Assembly: GCA_002422025.1 (NCBI GenBank)
Contig: DISV01000005.1
Span: forward strand, 136,834-200,833
Length of the DNA stretch: 64,000 nt
Direction of reading: 5' to 3'
DNA from: Patescibacteria group bacterium UBA6201
Lineage (GTDB): Bacteria; Patescibacteriota; Minisyncoccia; Phycocordibacterales; UBA918
Shown: positions 9,088-18,274 of the stretch, one piece after another
Layout: each line of letters opens with the position of its first letter
How positions within the stretch are numbered: the stretch's first letter is position 1
Position numbers and translations under genes: made by a program
Notes under the pieces: model-generated
What the model was told of the DNA's origin: nothing
The model's database searches: none
Seen by the model: only the letters and a program-made list of their open reading frames with translations

Positions 9088-10980
9088 ATGTACGTAATCC
9101 AAGTCTCCCCACTTTTAAAGGGTGCAAACCTAGAATCTTTAACTTATTTTTCCTCAGTACCGTATGAACTCGGGACTCTCCTTCGTATCCCGGTTAGAAA
9201 TACTGAGGCAACCGGGATGGTATTGTCCGTGAAGCCGGTGTCGGCGGCACGGACCGCGGTCCGTGCCGCTACTTTCTCACTACGTCGTTTACCTGAGCAA
9301 ACAGGTGGTGCTAATTTATCACCGCTTCTTATTAAAACAGCCACTGCGTTGATGGACGAAGTTCCTGCTAGTTTTGGTTCGATACTGTTCTCTCTCTTGC
9401 CACCAGAAGTACGTGATGGTAGTGAACAGTATCCTTTTGCGCCTCTCTGCACTACTGAAAAAAGCGATCAGGCTGTATCGGTCATAACTGGTGTTACAGA
9501 CGAAAGGTGGCGTACCTATAAAGGTCGTGTTCGTGAAGCTTTTGCGCACCGTGGGTCTGTACTCTTCGTTTCCCCAACCGCACGTGCGGCGGCAAGTGCC
9601 GCAGAGAGACTCCTACCTGGGATTAAGGATCGTGCCGTCATTTTCTCTCCGGCCTTGACTGCCAAGAGTTTAAGGAAAGCTTTTCAAAGTGTTACCGATC
9701 TGTCCGCTTCTAAGCTGATTATTACGACTCCGGGTTATGCCTTTATTGATCGTCATGATATTACCGACATCATTATTGATGAAAGTCGTAGTCAACATTA
9801 TCGTTCGCGTACTAGACCGTACCTTGACTATAAGCAGGCGTTAATAAAGATGGCAGAGATTGGTGGACGTAATGTTCTTCTTGGTGACCTACTTCATAAG
9901 GCTGAAGACGAATACAAGAGAAGGACTGAGGTATATATGACTGAAGGTGAGGAACAACTACGGGTAGCTTTTCCAAATGAGGTTAAGTTAATTGTCGCCA
10001 ATAATAAGCCAAGTGGCGATACGCCTTTTGAACTCATCTCTCCCGAATCAAAAACGGCACTTGCAAAAATCCTTAAAGAAAGGAAGAGTGCCTTTGTGTA
10101 TGCAGCCAGGAGAGGTCTGGCACCAGTGGTGGCTTGTAGTGATTGTGGACACATCTTTCGTTGTCCACATTCTGGTACGCCCTACTCACTCTTCCGCACC
10201 TTTAAGAATGGTGAAGAAAAACGCTGGTTTCTTTCCTCTGTGTCGGGACGTCGGGTGAAGGCTGCCGATAATTGTACGGAGTGTGGTTCGTGGCGACTTA
10301 AAGAACGCGGAATTGGTATTCAATATATTGAAGAAGAGTTAAAGAAAACTTTTCCACCGGAGAAGATATTTATCTTTGATCATAGTACCGCTTCGACGGC
10401 TAGAAAGGCCGCTGCTATCATTGGTGATTTCTATGAAGAGAAAGGAGCGATTTTAATTGGCACCGCTATGGCTATTCCCTATCTTGAGAAGCCTGTTTCG
10501 CTTGGCTTAGTCACGTCCCTTGATGCTGTACGGGCCGTCCCGACCTGGCGAGTGGATGAAGACTGCCTCGCACTCTTGCTGGCTCTTCGGGAGAATGTAG
10601 AAGAAGAATTGATTATCCAAAGTCGTAGTGAACCGGATGAACTGATAGATTATTTGCGTAAAGGACAGATTAGTAACTTTTTCACAGATGAACTTAAGTT
10701 ACGTGAGGCGGTTGGTTATCCCCCGTTCTCACATTTAGTTCACCTCACAGTAAAGGGAAAGGAAGAAGCGGTTAAGGGGATGGAGAATGATGTGTCCACC
10801 CTTCTTTCTGATTTCAATTTCTCCTTCTATAGTTCACCAGATTCAACATTAGAAAATACCACTCGCTATGCTCTTCTGCGCATTGCTAACAATATGTGGC
10901 CAAACCCAGCGTTAATGGATGTTTTGCGCAGTCTGCCACAATCAGTAAAGGTGGAAATAAACCCGGACCGGTTGGTCTAA
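9088..10980 (+). CDS. priA: primosomal protein N' (PriA)-like helicase, Walker A not evident
   Basis: The C-terminal Cys-rich zinc motif CSDCGHIFRCPH...CTECGS matches the PriA CxxC...CxxC...C..C pattern. IIIDESRS is a DExx-like box. No clear GxxxxGKT. Confidence 0.55.
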   Translation: MYVIQVSPLLKGANLESLTYFSSVPYELGTLLRIPVRNTEATGMVLSVKPVSAARTAVRAATFSLRRLPEQTGGANLSPLLIKTATALMDEVPASFGSILFSLLPPEVRDGSEQYPFAPLCTTEKSDQAVSVITGVTDERWRTYKGRVREAFAHRGSVLFVSPTARAAASAAERLLPGIKDRAVIFSPALTAKSLRKAFQSVTDLSASKLIITTPGYAFIDRHDITDIIIDESRSQHYRSRTRPYLDYKQALIKMAEIGGRNVLLGDLLHKAEDEYKRRTEVYMTEGEEQLRVAFPNEVKLIVANNKPSGDTPFELISPESKTALAKILKERKSAFVYAARRGLAPVVACSDCGHIFRCPHSGTPYSLFRTFKNGEEKRWFLSSVSGRRVKAADNCTECGSWRLKERGIGIQYIEEELKKTFPPEKIFIFDHSTASTARKAAAIIGDFYEEKGAILIGTAMAIPYLEKPVSLGLVTSLDAVRAVPTWRVDEDCLALLLALRENVEEELIIQSRSEPDELIDYLRKGQISNFFTDELKLREAVGYPPFSHLVHLTVKGKEEAVKGMENDVSTLLSDFNFSFYSSPDSTLENTTRYALLRIANNMWPNPALMDVLRSLPQSVKVEINPDRLV

Positions 10981-11123
10981 ACTGGAAATTGGAAATGTAA
11001 TGAGATTTCAGACAATTTCCAAGTTTTAGGTTATAGTACAATTCTTACAAAAGTAACGTATCTGCACCGGTTTCAGATTTTTGGCTCTGTCACCTTAGTT
11101 CAATCTAAGGCTCGGTCGTCAAA

Positions 11124-11714
11124 ATGCTTCCAACCGACGTACCTACGCCTATTTTTGAAAAAATTCTGTTACGTAAATATATGTCAAAACTTGTTGCGGA
11201 AAACCACCTGGCCCTGCACTCAATCTCTGAATCTGTGACCGAAGCAGAGTTTGGGGACGGCACGGTAAAGAAATTAATCAAGAAGATGCGGGACGCCCTC
11301 CATTCATACAATGTGGATGGTTATGTTGGTGTGGCTATTGCGGCACCTCAGATTGGAGTCGCTAAGCGTGTCTTTTTAGTGGAAGATCAAAGTAAGGATA
11401 GAGACGATGCCTTACCCTTTCTGGTGGCAATAAATCCAGAAATAATAAAATTCTCCAAAAAGACTAATGTCGTTGGTGAAGGGTGTCTCTCAGTGCCGGA
11501 GCGTTATGGTGCTGTGAAGCGTCATAGTAATGTGACACTCAGAGCGCAAGACGAAAACGGTGAGGTGTTTGAGCGTGGCGCTGGCGGTCTTCTGGCACAA
11601 ATATTTCAGCACGAATGCGACCATTTAGATGGCACTTTGTTTGTTGATAGAGCCGAGCAGATTTGGACCAAGAAGGAGGCTGATGAATTGCCACTGCGCG
11701 AAGCGAATTCTTAA
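11124..11714 (+). CDS. def: peptide deformylase
   Basis: All three PDF motifs are present: GVGIAAPQIG, EGCLSVP and QHECDHLDG. Confidence 0.85.
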   Translation: MLPTDVPTPIFEKILLRKYMSKLVAENHLALHSISESVTEAEFGDGTVKKLIKKMRDALHSYNVDGYVGVAIAAPQIGVAKRVFLVEDQSKDRDDALPFLVAINPEIIKFSKKTNVVGEGCLSVPERYGAVKRHSNVTLRAQDENGEVFERGAGGLLAQIFQHECDHLDGTLFVDRAEQIWTKKEADELPLREANS

Positions 11715-11716
11715 TT

Positions 11717-12535
11717 ATGAAATTTGTATTTTTTGGTACGCCTGATGTAGCCAAGGATACGTTGCAGTATTTGATTGAAAACGGTTTATCACCGCAGGTG
11801 GTAGTTACTAACCCAGATGCACCAAAAGGCCGTGGACATATCATGACGCCGTCACCAGTGAAAGAGTATGCTGTCTCCATAGGATTGCCTGTCCTCACTC
11901 CTGATTCTTTAGATAATGAGTTTATGAATGAAGTCGGCGCCTATGGAGCGGACTTCGCAATCGTGGTTGCTTACGGCAAAATTTTACCTGAGGCTTTGAT
12001 TAACTCCTTTCCTCAAGGCGTTCTCAATATTCACTATTCACTGCTGCCCCGTTGGCGTGGCGCAGCACCAGTAGAGTATGCGCTGTTAAATGATGATAAA
12101 GAAACCGGTGTCACTGTCCAAAAGATGGTAAAGGAACTTGATGCTGGGGATATTGTGGCTGTCAAAAAGTTGGTAATTGAAGAGGAAGACACTACTGCAA
12201 CCCTGAGGCCGCGACTAATAAAGCTCGGAGCAGAACTTTTAGTAGAAACTCTTCCCCGTTATCTTAATGATGAAATAGTACCAATAGTTCAGGAAGAAAG
12301 TTTTGTCACTTTAGCTCCTAAGCTTAAGAAAGAAGCAGGCGAAATAAACTTAGACGATGATTCACGTTTAAACTGGAATAAATATCGCGCTTTCGCTGTG
12401 TGGCCTGGTACTTATTTTTTCAAGAATGATAAAAGACACAAGATTACCCGTGCCTCGTTTAAGGATGGAGTGTTCCAAGTTGAAAAAGTAATTCCAGAAG
12501 GAGGTCGAGAGATTGATTGGAGTGTAGTTTCTTAG
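11717..12535 (+). CDS. fmt: methionyl-tRNA formyltransferase (short C-terminus)
   Basis: N-terminus MKFVFFGTPDVA with formyltransferase core motifs (HYSLLPRWRGAAP). It lies directly downstream of def, the canonical def-fmt pair. Confidence 0.85.
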   Translation: MKFVFFGTPDVAKDTLQYLIENGLSPQVVVTNPDAPKGRGHIMTPSPVKEYAVSIGLPVLTPDSLDNEFMNEVGAYGADFAIVVAYGKILPEALINSFPQGVLNIHYSLLPRWRGAAPVEYALLNDDKETGVTVQKMVKELDAGDIVAVKKLVIEEEDTTATLRPRLIKLGAELLVETLPRYLNDEIVPIVQEESFVTLAPKLKKEAGEINLDDDSRLNWNKYRAFAVWPGTYFFKNDKRHKITRASFKDGVFQVEKVIPEGGREIDWSVVS

Positions 12536-12569
12536 TGTTGATTTTCACTCAGAACGCACAAGGAAGAAC

Positions 12570-12935
12570 TTAGCGTCCGAAACGCATCATTTCTTTGACC
12601 CGACGTGCGCCACGCTTCATTAAAGTCTCCCTTTTCCCTAGTTGACTGTGTAGTTCATTATATAAATCGGTGCGGACCTCGTCGATGGCCTTCTCGAAAC
12701 TATCAGCCGTAGCTTCGGCTCGATATAGTTTGCCGTTAATTTCTAGATTAACTTCTGCTCGATGAATGTTTCCGCTCTGGTGGTGGTTGGTAATTTTCTC
12801 AAATTCTAGGTCACATACGGCCGGTGCCTCACCCACAAATTTTTCTAGAGTATTCAGTTTGTTCTCGGTAATGTCTCTGAGTTGGTCGCTGATTTCGGTG
12901 TTAGTAATCTTGAAGTTGATCATTGGAAATGACAT
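12570..12935 (-). CDS. hpf: ribosome hibernation promoting factor / ribosome-associated inhibitor A
   Basis: 121 aa. The MxI.I.G.N.E.S..L....E.KL..L.K pattern is typical of the HPF/YfiA family. Confidence 0.75.
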   Translation of the reverse strand: MSFPMINFKITNTEISDQLRDITENKLNTLEKFVGEAPAVCDLEFEKITNHHQSGNIHRAEVNLEINGKLYRAEATADSFEKAIDEVRTDLYNELHSQLGKRETLMKRGARRVKEMMRFGR

Positions 12936-12948
12936 GGCTTTTGTATGC

Positions 12949-13173
12949 TTATACTTTTAAAACATCAAACACTTTAGTCGGCGAGCGATGCCCGCTAACG
13001 ATTTTAACTTGACCAAGTTTTGTTCCGAATTCCGAAGCTAGTATTTGCCGGAGGCGAATATTAGCCAAGTTGCGCTCCTTTGGTTCTCTTACCTTGATAC
13101 GGTAAGTCGTCGGACTTTCTTTCTCGACGATTTCCTTTCTGGAATTGGGTGTGACGTAGACTTTAATGTACAT
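12949..13173 (-). CDS. DUF167 (YggU-like) family small protein
   Basis: 74 aa. IKVYVTPNSRKEIV...LGQVKIVSG resembles UPF0235/YggU. Confidence 0.45.
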   Translation of the reverse strand: MYIKVYVTPNSRKEIVEKESPTTYRIKVREPKERNLANIRLRQILASEFGTKLGQVKIVSGHRSPTKVFDVLKV

Positions 13174-13402
13174 AGTGCTTTTTTAGATAGGCAATTATGT
13201 CTTCTGATTCATACATCTCCACATTCTTTTTATCATCGACTAGATATGGTACTTGTCGTTTTCCTCCCCTCTCTATTAAGTCCTCCGCATGTTCTGGGAC
13301 GGTAACAATATCCCGTAAAGTAAAGGTGAGGGAGTTATCGTCAGCGAAACGCTGTACTAACTGACAATATGAGCAACTCGGTTTGTAATACAGTATAAGC
13401 AT
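13163..13402 (-). CDS. glutaredoxin-like protein (CxxC: CSYC)
   Basis: 79 aa thioredoxin fold. YYKPSCSYCQ active site and a VPYLVDD motif. Confidence 0.65.
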   Translation of the reverse strand: MLILYYKPSCSYCQLVQRFADDNSLTFTLRDIVTVPEHAEDLIERGGKRQVPYLVDDKKNVEMYESEDIIAYLKKHYVH

Positions 13403-13404
13403 GC

Positions 13405-13530
13405 TTACGGTGAGACACTCGTCTCAATCTCGAGGGTTGAGGACGGTGCGTGCGCTTTTTTTATGATTAAGTAGGCGCCGACGAATACTATGATGAAGGA
13501 GAGACCGAGCAATGCGTAAGCATTTCTCAT
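13405..13530 (-). CDS. small hydrophobic protein (41 aa) translationally coupled to the glutaredoxin gene
   Basis: Hand-translated as MRNAYALLGLSFIIVFVGAYLIIKKAHAPSSTLEIETSVSP. Its stop TAA lies 2 nt before the grx ATG. A TATAAT box sits about 8 nt upstream of its ATG, so it may be leaderless. Coordinates approximate. Confidence 0.25.
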   Translation of the reverse strand: MRNAYALLGLSFIIVFVGAYLIIKKAHAPSSTLEIETSVSP

Positions 13531-13551
13531 ACTCAGATATTATATCACAGA

Positions 13552-14418
13552 CTACTTTTGACAAGAGGGGCAAAAGTGAGTGCCTCGGCCAGCTACACGA
13601 GTCTTCACGATAATTGACTTACACCGAACACATTCCTGTCCCTGTCGGCCAAAAACCTTGAGCTTATCCTTAAATCCACCCTTAGTGCCGTCAGTATCAG
13701 CAAAATGTTGGAAAGTTGTTCCGCCTAACAAAATGGCCTCTTTCATCACTTTGCCTGCGTGTTTAGCTAGACTCATCGCTTCCTTCTTGTTCAGTGTTTT
13801 GGCCAAACGATGCGGAAGTATCTTGGCTCGAAATAAGGCTTCGTCTACGTAAATATTTCCGAGACCAGCTATGAAGGTCTGGTCGAGGAGTGCCGCTTTG
13901 ATTGATGTCCCGCGCTTCGCTAGACCGGTGAGAAAATATTTCACATCGAAGTCTACACTGATGGGTTCTGGTCCGAATCGTGATTTAGCCATTTCCATAC
14001 CCGCATAATCGGTGAGCTTTAAATAACCGAATAACCGCATGTCATTGAAGTAGAGAATGGTTCCATCTTCAAAAGAAATTGATACACGAGTGTGTCGGTC
14101 TGGTAGTTCCTTAGTTTCAGTCGATAGTGTGTGTCCTCCACCACCTACCAGCTTTCCAGTTTTGTCAGTGACGAAGAATTGCCCGGTCATCTTCAGGTGT
14201 CCGAGTAGGTAAAGGTCGGTAGTATTAACAAACTTAAAAATAAGTAGCTTCCCTATCCTGTCAATTTCTTGGAGTTTGCGTCCTTTCAATTTTCTTGCAA
14301 ACGCAGTTTCGCCCGCCACCGATTTGGGGTGGAATATTTTTGCTCCGCTTACTGTCTTCCCTTTAAGCTTACTCCATAACTGGATTCGCACAGTCTCTAC
14401 TTCTGGTAATTCAGGCAT
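13552..14418 (-). CDS. mutM: formamidopyrimidine-DNA glycosylase (Fpg/MutM)
   Basis: MPELPEVE N-terminus with the catalytic Pro2. C-terminal zinc finger CVRCKSIIVKTRVAGRGTHFCPSCQ. The track ORF starts 30 codons upstream at a GTG; the internal ATG at 14418 is preferred. Confidence 0.8.
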   Translation of the reverse strand: MPELPEVETVRIQLWSKLKGKTVSGAKIFHPKSVAGETAFARKLKGRKLQEIDRIGKLLIFKFVNTTDLYLLGHLKMTGQFFVTDKTGKLVGGGGHTLSTETKELPDRHTRVSISFEDGTILYFNDMRLFGYLKLTDYAGMEMAKSRFGPEPISVDFDVKYFLTGLAKRGTSIKAALLDQTFIAGLGNIYVDEALFRAKILPHRLAKTLNKKEAMSLAKHAGKVMKEAILLGGTTFQHFADTDGTKGGFKDKLKVFGRQGQECVRCKSIIVKTRVAGRGTHFCPSCQK

Positions 14419-14674
14419 AATGAGGACTCGGTTCAGTAATAACAACAATATTACATAGAATATATTGTTTTCGCCACCGTCGGTCGACAAAATTGAGCCA
14501 GAATACACAAGAGCTCACTCACCAGAGGGTTCTATGGTTCTTTCCCTTTTGTTCATTCCAGCTCAATTTTGTCGACCTTTGGATTGACGATATTATTGAA
14601 CCGAGTCCCTACTTCAAAATGAAATCAACTTCCTATGGAATGCCTTGTGGTGTGCCTATGCTATCATTTATTTT

Positions 14675-15946
14675 ATGAATGAGGATAGTGTAGCCAATTT
14701 TGATTTAGACGGAGTTACTCGAGCAGTAACCTATAATAAAAATGAGCGACTCAGCCTCTTACGCTCATTGTCTCTTCCAGAGAGAAGCGCAGTTTTTAAC
14801 CTCCTATCACCGAAAATAAGAGAAACTATTATTGATGCTCTGACCTTTAATGAAGTTTTAGATATATTAGACCACCTCGACCCACTTCGAGTTCATCAAA
14901 TTCTCTTTAAAATGAAGGATAAGAAACGCAAGATACGTTTCCTGTCTCGTTTAAAGAGCGACCGTTTTGAAAAGACTGAATATTTTTTACAATTCCATCC
15001 ACAGGCATCTTTGACCCTGTTTCACCTCAATTACCTCTACCTCTCTGAAGATACTACAGTTGGAGAGACGGCGAACGTCATTGAGAATCACTTAAGAACA
15101 ACTGGAAAGATTCCAGCTATTTTAGTTTCGAAAGGTGGTAAATTAACTGGTGAAGTGTCTTTGGGTACACTGGTACGTGAGCGCAACCAAAACAAGCTAA
15201 AGAATTACGTCAGTCACGTTGAGTCTGTTGTCTATAATTTGGATCGCGAAAAAGTCATAGAGCTATTTGTTTCTCGTCCCCACGAAAAAATAGTAGTCAC
15301 TGATACTGATGGCAGCGTCCTTGGGGTAATCTATTCGGACGACGTAATAGACCTGCTCGACTCACAACCGGCTGCCACCCTGTACAGTTTTGCTGGCGTT
15401 GAAGCCAGTGAACGACCTTTTGATTCAGTCCTCGACAAGGTTCAAGGCCGTTACCGGTGGCTTCTTATTAACCTAGCAACTTGTTTTTTAGCTGGTGGCG
15501 CGGTATCTCTTTTTGGTGAAACTATTAATCAATTTGTGGCGCTCGCAATTTTTATGCCGATGATTGCCGGCATGGGTGGTAATACTAGCAATCAAACGTT
15601 TGCAATAATGATTCGAGGTATAGCTACGGGAGAGATTTCCCTTAAGAATAGTTACCCAGCGATGAAACATGAAATGATTGCTGCTTTTATAAACGGTACT
15701 ATCACAGCACTTATGATGGTACCGATAGCGCTTCTTTTTGGCCTCAATTTGTCCATCGCTCTGATTGCTGGGGTGGCGATCGTTTTCAATATGGTAGTTG
15801 GAGGGTTTTTTGGTACTCTCGTTCCTTTGGTACTCAAGCAGTTTGGTAAGGATCCTGCTACCTCGGCCGGTATTTTTATCTCTACTGCTACTGACGTTCT
15901 TGGCCTACTATTCTTCCTTGGTCTCGCTACTATCATTTTACTTTAA
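14675..15946 (+). CDS. mgtE: magnesium transporter MgtE
   Basis: N-terminal MgtE_N domain, CBS pair, and a C-terminal TM domain containing PMIAGMGGNTSNQ. Confidence 0.8.
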   Translation: MNEDSVANFDLDGVTRAVTYNKNERLSLLRSLSLPERSAVFNLLSPKIRETIIDALTFNEVLDILDHLDPLRVHQILFKMKDKKRKIRFLSRLKSDRFEKTEYFLQFHPQASLTLFHLNYLYLSEDTTVGETANVIENHLRTTGKIPAILVSKGGKLTGEVSLGTLVRERNQNKLKNYVSHVESVVYNLDREKVIELFVSRPHEKIVVTDTDGSVLGVIYSDDVIDLLDSQPAATLYSFAGVEASERPFDSVLDKVQGRYRWLLINLATCFLAGGAVSLFGETINQFVALAIFMPMIAGMGGNTSNQTFAIMIRGIATGEISLKNSYPAMKHEMIAAFINGTITALMMVPIALLFGLNLSIALIAGVAIVFNMVVGGFFGTLVPLVLKQFGKDPATSAGIFISTATDVLGLLFFLGLATIILL

Positions 15947-15959
15947 CTAACTAATTATT

Positions 15960-16436
15960 ATGAATATTTCAAGACCAATCAAATTAATCATCGCTTTGGT
16001 TTTGCCACAACTGGCTGGATTTATCGGCTCACTTTTTACATTACCAGCCATCGATTCCTGGTATCGTTTTCTCGAAAAGCCAACCTTTGCCCCACCTGAC
16101 TATGTGTTTGGACCAGTCTGGACCGCCCTCTACATTATGATGGGTATTGCTGCCTATTTAGTTTGGAAGGATGGACTTTCAAGCGGCCGAATCAGAGTGT
16201 CGCTTTTAATTTTCTTGCTGCAACTGACGTTAAACGCTTCTTGGTCAATTGTTTTCTTTGGATTTCAGAGTCCTCAAGGCGGACTCTTTATCCTTGGCGC
16301 TCTTTTGTTCTCAATAGTATTAAATATTGTTGCATTCGCCCGAGTGTCTATGACTGCAGCTTGGTTACTCGTTCCTTATTTGCTTTGGGTGTTGTTTGCC
16401 ACTTATTTAAACTATTCAATCTGGACGCTTAATTAA
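15960..16436 (+). CDS. tspO: TspO/MBR tryptophan-rich sensory protein
   Basis: 158 aa with 5 TM helices. PPDYVFGPVWTALYIMMGIA and LNASWSIVFFG motifs. Confidence 0.8.
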   Translation: MNISRPIKLIIALVLPQLAGFIGSLFTLPAIDSWYRFLEKPTFAPPDYVFGPVWTALYIMMGIAAYLVWKDGLSSGRIRVSLLIFLLQLTLNASWSIVFFGFQSPQGGLFILGALLFSIVLNIVAFARVSMTAAWLLVPYLLWVLFATYLNYSIWTLN

Positions 16437-16439
16437 TTT

Positions 16440-16967
16440 ATGGCAATTAAGGCTAAAGAAGTTATCAGGGTAAATGACAAAATGCAGAAGGGTTATCAAT
16501 ACGAACTAACTGCATCGGTTGGTAAAAATTTTGATTCAGAATTCAACCCCGAACTCACACCATGCGAAATGCTAGAGCTCGGAGTATTTGGTGGTGTATA
16601 TATGCGCGACTGTGTAAAAGAATTCCCGACTTCTTGGTTCAAGGAGGCTAAGTTATCTCCTCGAGCTGATAATAAGCCTGTTAAGGAAATAAATTATTTT
16701 GGCGAGAATGCTAGTCAGCCACTAAAGGTCTGGAGGCAAAAAAGTTGGATATATAAAGATGATCCGCGTGGTTGGTTTCAGTGGTATTGTCGCTACTTCA
16801 TGGGTCGTCGCATTAAGGAGGAAGACGCTCGACAGATTAAACGGTGGAAGGCTATCAAGCGTCACATTGTGCAGGTAAAGAATAACTGTCGCTCTGGTGA
16901 CGAGTCCTGTCGTCCACGTCAGCGTCAGGCCATTCTCCATTGGGCGTACGATAGTAGGAACATATAA
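16440..16967 (+). CDS. hypothetical Trp/Cys-rich protein
   Basis: 175 aa and basic. GWFQWYCRYFMGRR motif. Its start is 4 nt after the tspO stop, so the two are probably co-transcribed. Confidence 0.4.
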   Translation: MAIKAKEVIRVNDKMQKGYQYELTASVGKNFDSEFNPELTPCEMLELGVFGGVYMRDCVKEFPTSWFKEAKLSPRADNKPVKEINYFGENASQPLKVWRQKSWIYKDDPRGWFQWYCRYFMGRRIKEEDARQIKRWKAIKRHIVQVKNNCRSGDESCRPRQRQAILHWAYDSRNI

Positions 16968-17019
16968 AAATGCCCGCTCCAGTTGATGGAACGGGCGGTA
17001 TTGGGTGTAGCCTTGTGGG

Positions 17020-17412
17020 CTACTCGGTGGCCACGTCGTGGCCGTTCGGCCTGCGGCCATTGGCATTCAGCATGCGGCTGGCGACGATGGCCGGGTCGAT
17101 GTCTGCTGCCTGGGTGTCGGTGGAGTCCGAGTTGAGCAAGGTCTGATACATTCTGAGTTGTTCCTGCGCGCCGGCGCGAGCAGTGGCGAGCTCGGAACAG
17201 ATCGGTGCAACATAGGTGTTGTTGCCGCTGTCGCTGACTTCCCAAAGTTTCTGGTCGATGGCGGAAATCACTTTGTTGATTTCGTCGGCCGGAATTTTCC
17301 CCCTGGTCGTGAACCATTTCACGTGCCTGGCGTTTTCCAGGTCCTCAGGGCCGGAGAACGAAATCGAGTTGATTGTCGACAAAAGCAATGTGTGTGCAAC
17401 TTCGGTCTTCAT
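17020..17412 (-). CDS. hypothetical protein encoded in a GC-rich islet
   Basis: 130 aa. A strong SD (AAAGGAGAG) sits 8 nt upstream of the ATG. Local GC is clearly higher than in flanking DNA. Overlapping alternative-frame ORFs in the track are rejected. Confidence 0.45.
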   Translation of the reverse strand: MKTEVAHTLLLSTINSISFSGPEDLENARHVKWFTTRGKIPADEINKVISAIDQKLWEVSDSGNNTYVAPICSELATARAGAQEQLRMYQTLLNSDSTDTQAADIDPAIVASRMLNANGRRPNGHDVATE

Positions 17413-17445
17413 AAGGAACTCTCCTTTGTTTGAGTCTTCTCGACT

Positions 17446-17462
17446 TTGGGGAATTTCCCCAA
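17446..17462. promoter_or_regulatory. palindrome TTGGGGAA-T-TTCCCCAA about 35 bp upstream of the 17412 start (operator-like)
   Basis: Perfect 8-bp arms. It overlaps a TATATA -10-like box on the minus strand. Confidence 0.35.
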
Positions 17463-17625
17463 GACTTATATATACTAACCCACCTTCTCAAATTTGTCAA
17501 CTACCCTGTCAATTGAATTATAAATACCACTAGATTATGGCTCAGTACGGCTTTGTGTAGCTACAAGGCGAAAGGCCAGCAAGAGCTGTCCTTTACTGTT
17601 CTTACTTATTTGTCGGTGTCTATTT

Positions 17626-18168
17626 TTAACTACGGCGCATATAGAGATACATCACGATTAGAAAGGCAAAGGTAATTGCTGAGAGAAGCGGAAATGTCAC
17701 GAAACCAAACTCATTTATTACTTTGACTGCACAATCAGCGTTGCTACCATCAATCAGACATGGTGCAAATCCAGCCTCACGTACTTCAGGTGGAATGAGC
17801 TGATAGATGTACTGATAAATGGCAACAACTAGACCAAATATAGATAGAGCTATTCCGTAAGTAGAAAAACGCACTGTGTCTCCTGCCCTGAACGCTAACA
17901 GCACCATTAGTGCTTGTGGATAGATGGCAATGCGTTGTAGCCAACACATTGAACAAGGTACAAACTTAAAATATTCGGAATAGAGGAGGGTTAAAGCAAC
18001 TGTACCAATCGTGGTAGCAATTACCACAGGCCACATCGCCTCTTTTACTCTGTCGGCAAAATATTTTCCCTTGTATATGAAATAGTCAATGTAGAGAACG
18101 ATGGTGAGAGCGGCGAGTGCTAATCCGCCCACGGCTAGTACAAAATTTAGAGTCGGAAGTATATACAT
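17626..18168 (-). CDS. disulfide bond formation protein B (DsbB/BdbC family)
   Basis: Four TM helices. CSMCWLQR matches the BdbC CxxCWxQR motif, and a second Cys pair (APCLIDGSNADC) lies in loop 2. Confidence 0.6.
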   Translation of the reverse strand: MYILPTLNFVLAVGGLALAALTIVLYIDYFIYKGKYFADRVKEAMWPVVIATTIGTVALTLLYSEYFKFVPCSMCWLQRIAIYPQALMVLLAFRAGDTVRFSTYGIALSIFGLVVAIYQYIYQLIPPEVREAGFAPCLIDGSNADCAVKVINEFGFVTFPLLSAITFAFLIVMYLYMRRS

Positions 18169-18204
18169 ATTTATAATATTAACTGCTTCGATGCAGTTTG
18201 CGCA

Positions 18205-18232
18205 AGAGTAATCCCTTAACAGGGATTACTCT
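18205..18232. terminator. 11-bp stem hairpin AGAGTAATCCC/GGGATTACTCT
   Basis: Perfect inverted repeat between the dsbB-like gene and the C39-like gene, followed by a T-rich tract on the plus strand. Confidence 0.4.
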
Positions 18233-18274
18233 TTCATATTAGATTAGACTAACCCAGTTTGATCAGTATAAAGT

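Noticed and set aside
17538-17625. Possible small RNA downstream of the dsbB-like gene (GGCTCAGTACGGCTTTGTGTAGCTACAAGGCGAAAGGCCAGC...).
   Set aside because: Only weak local stems and no terminator or promoter signature. Insufficient evidence.
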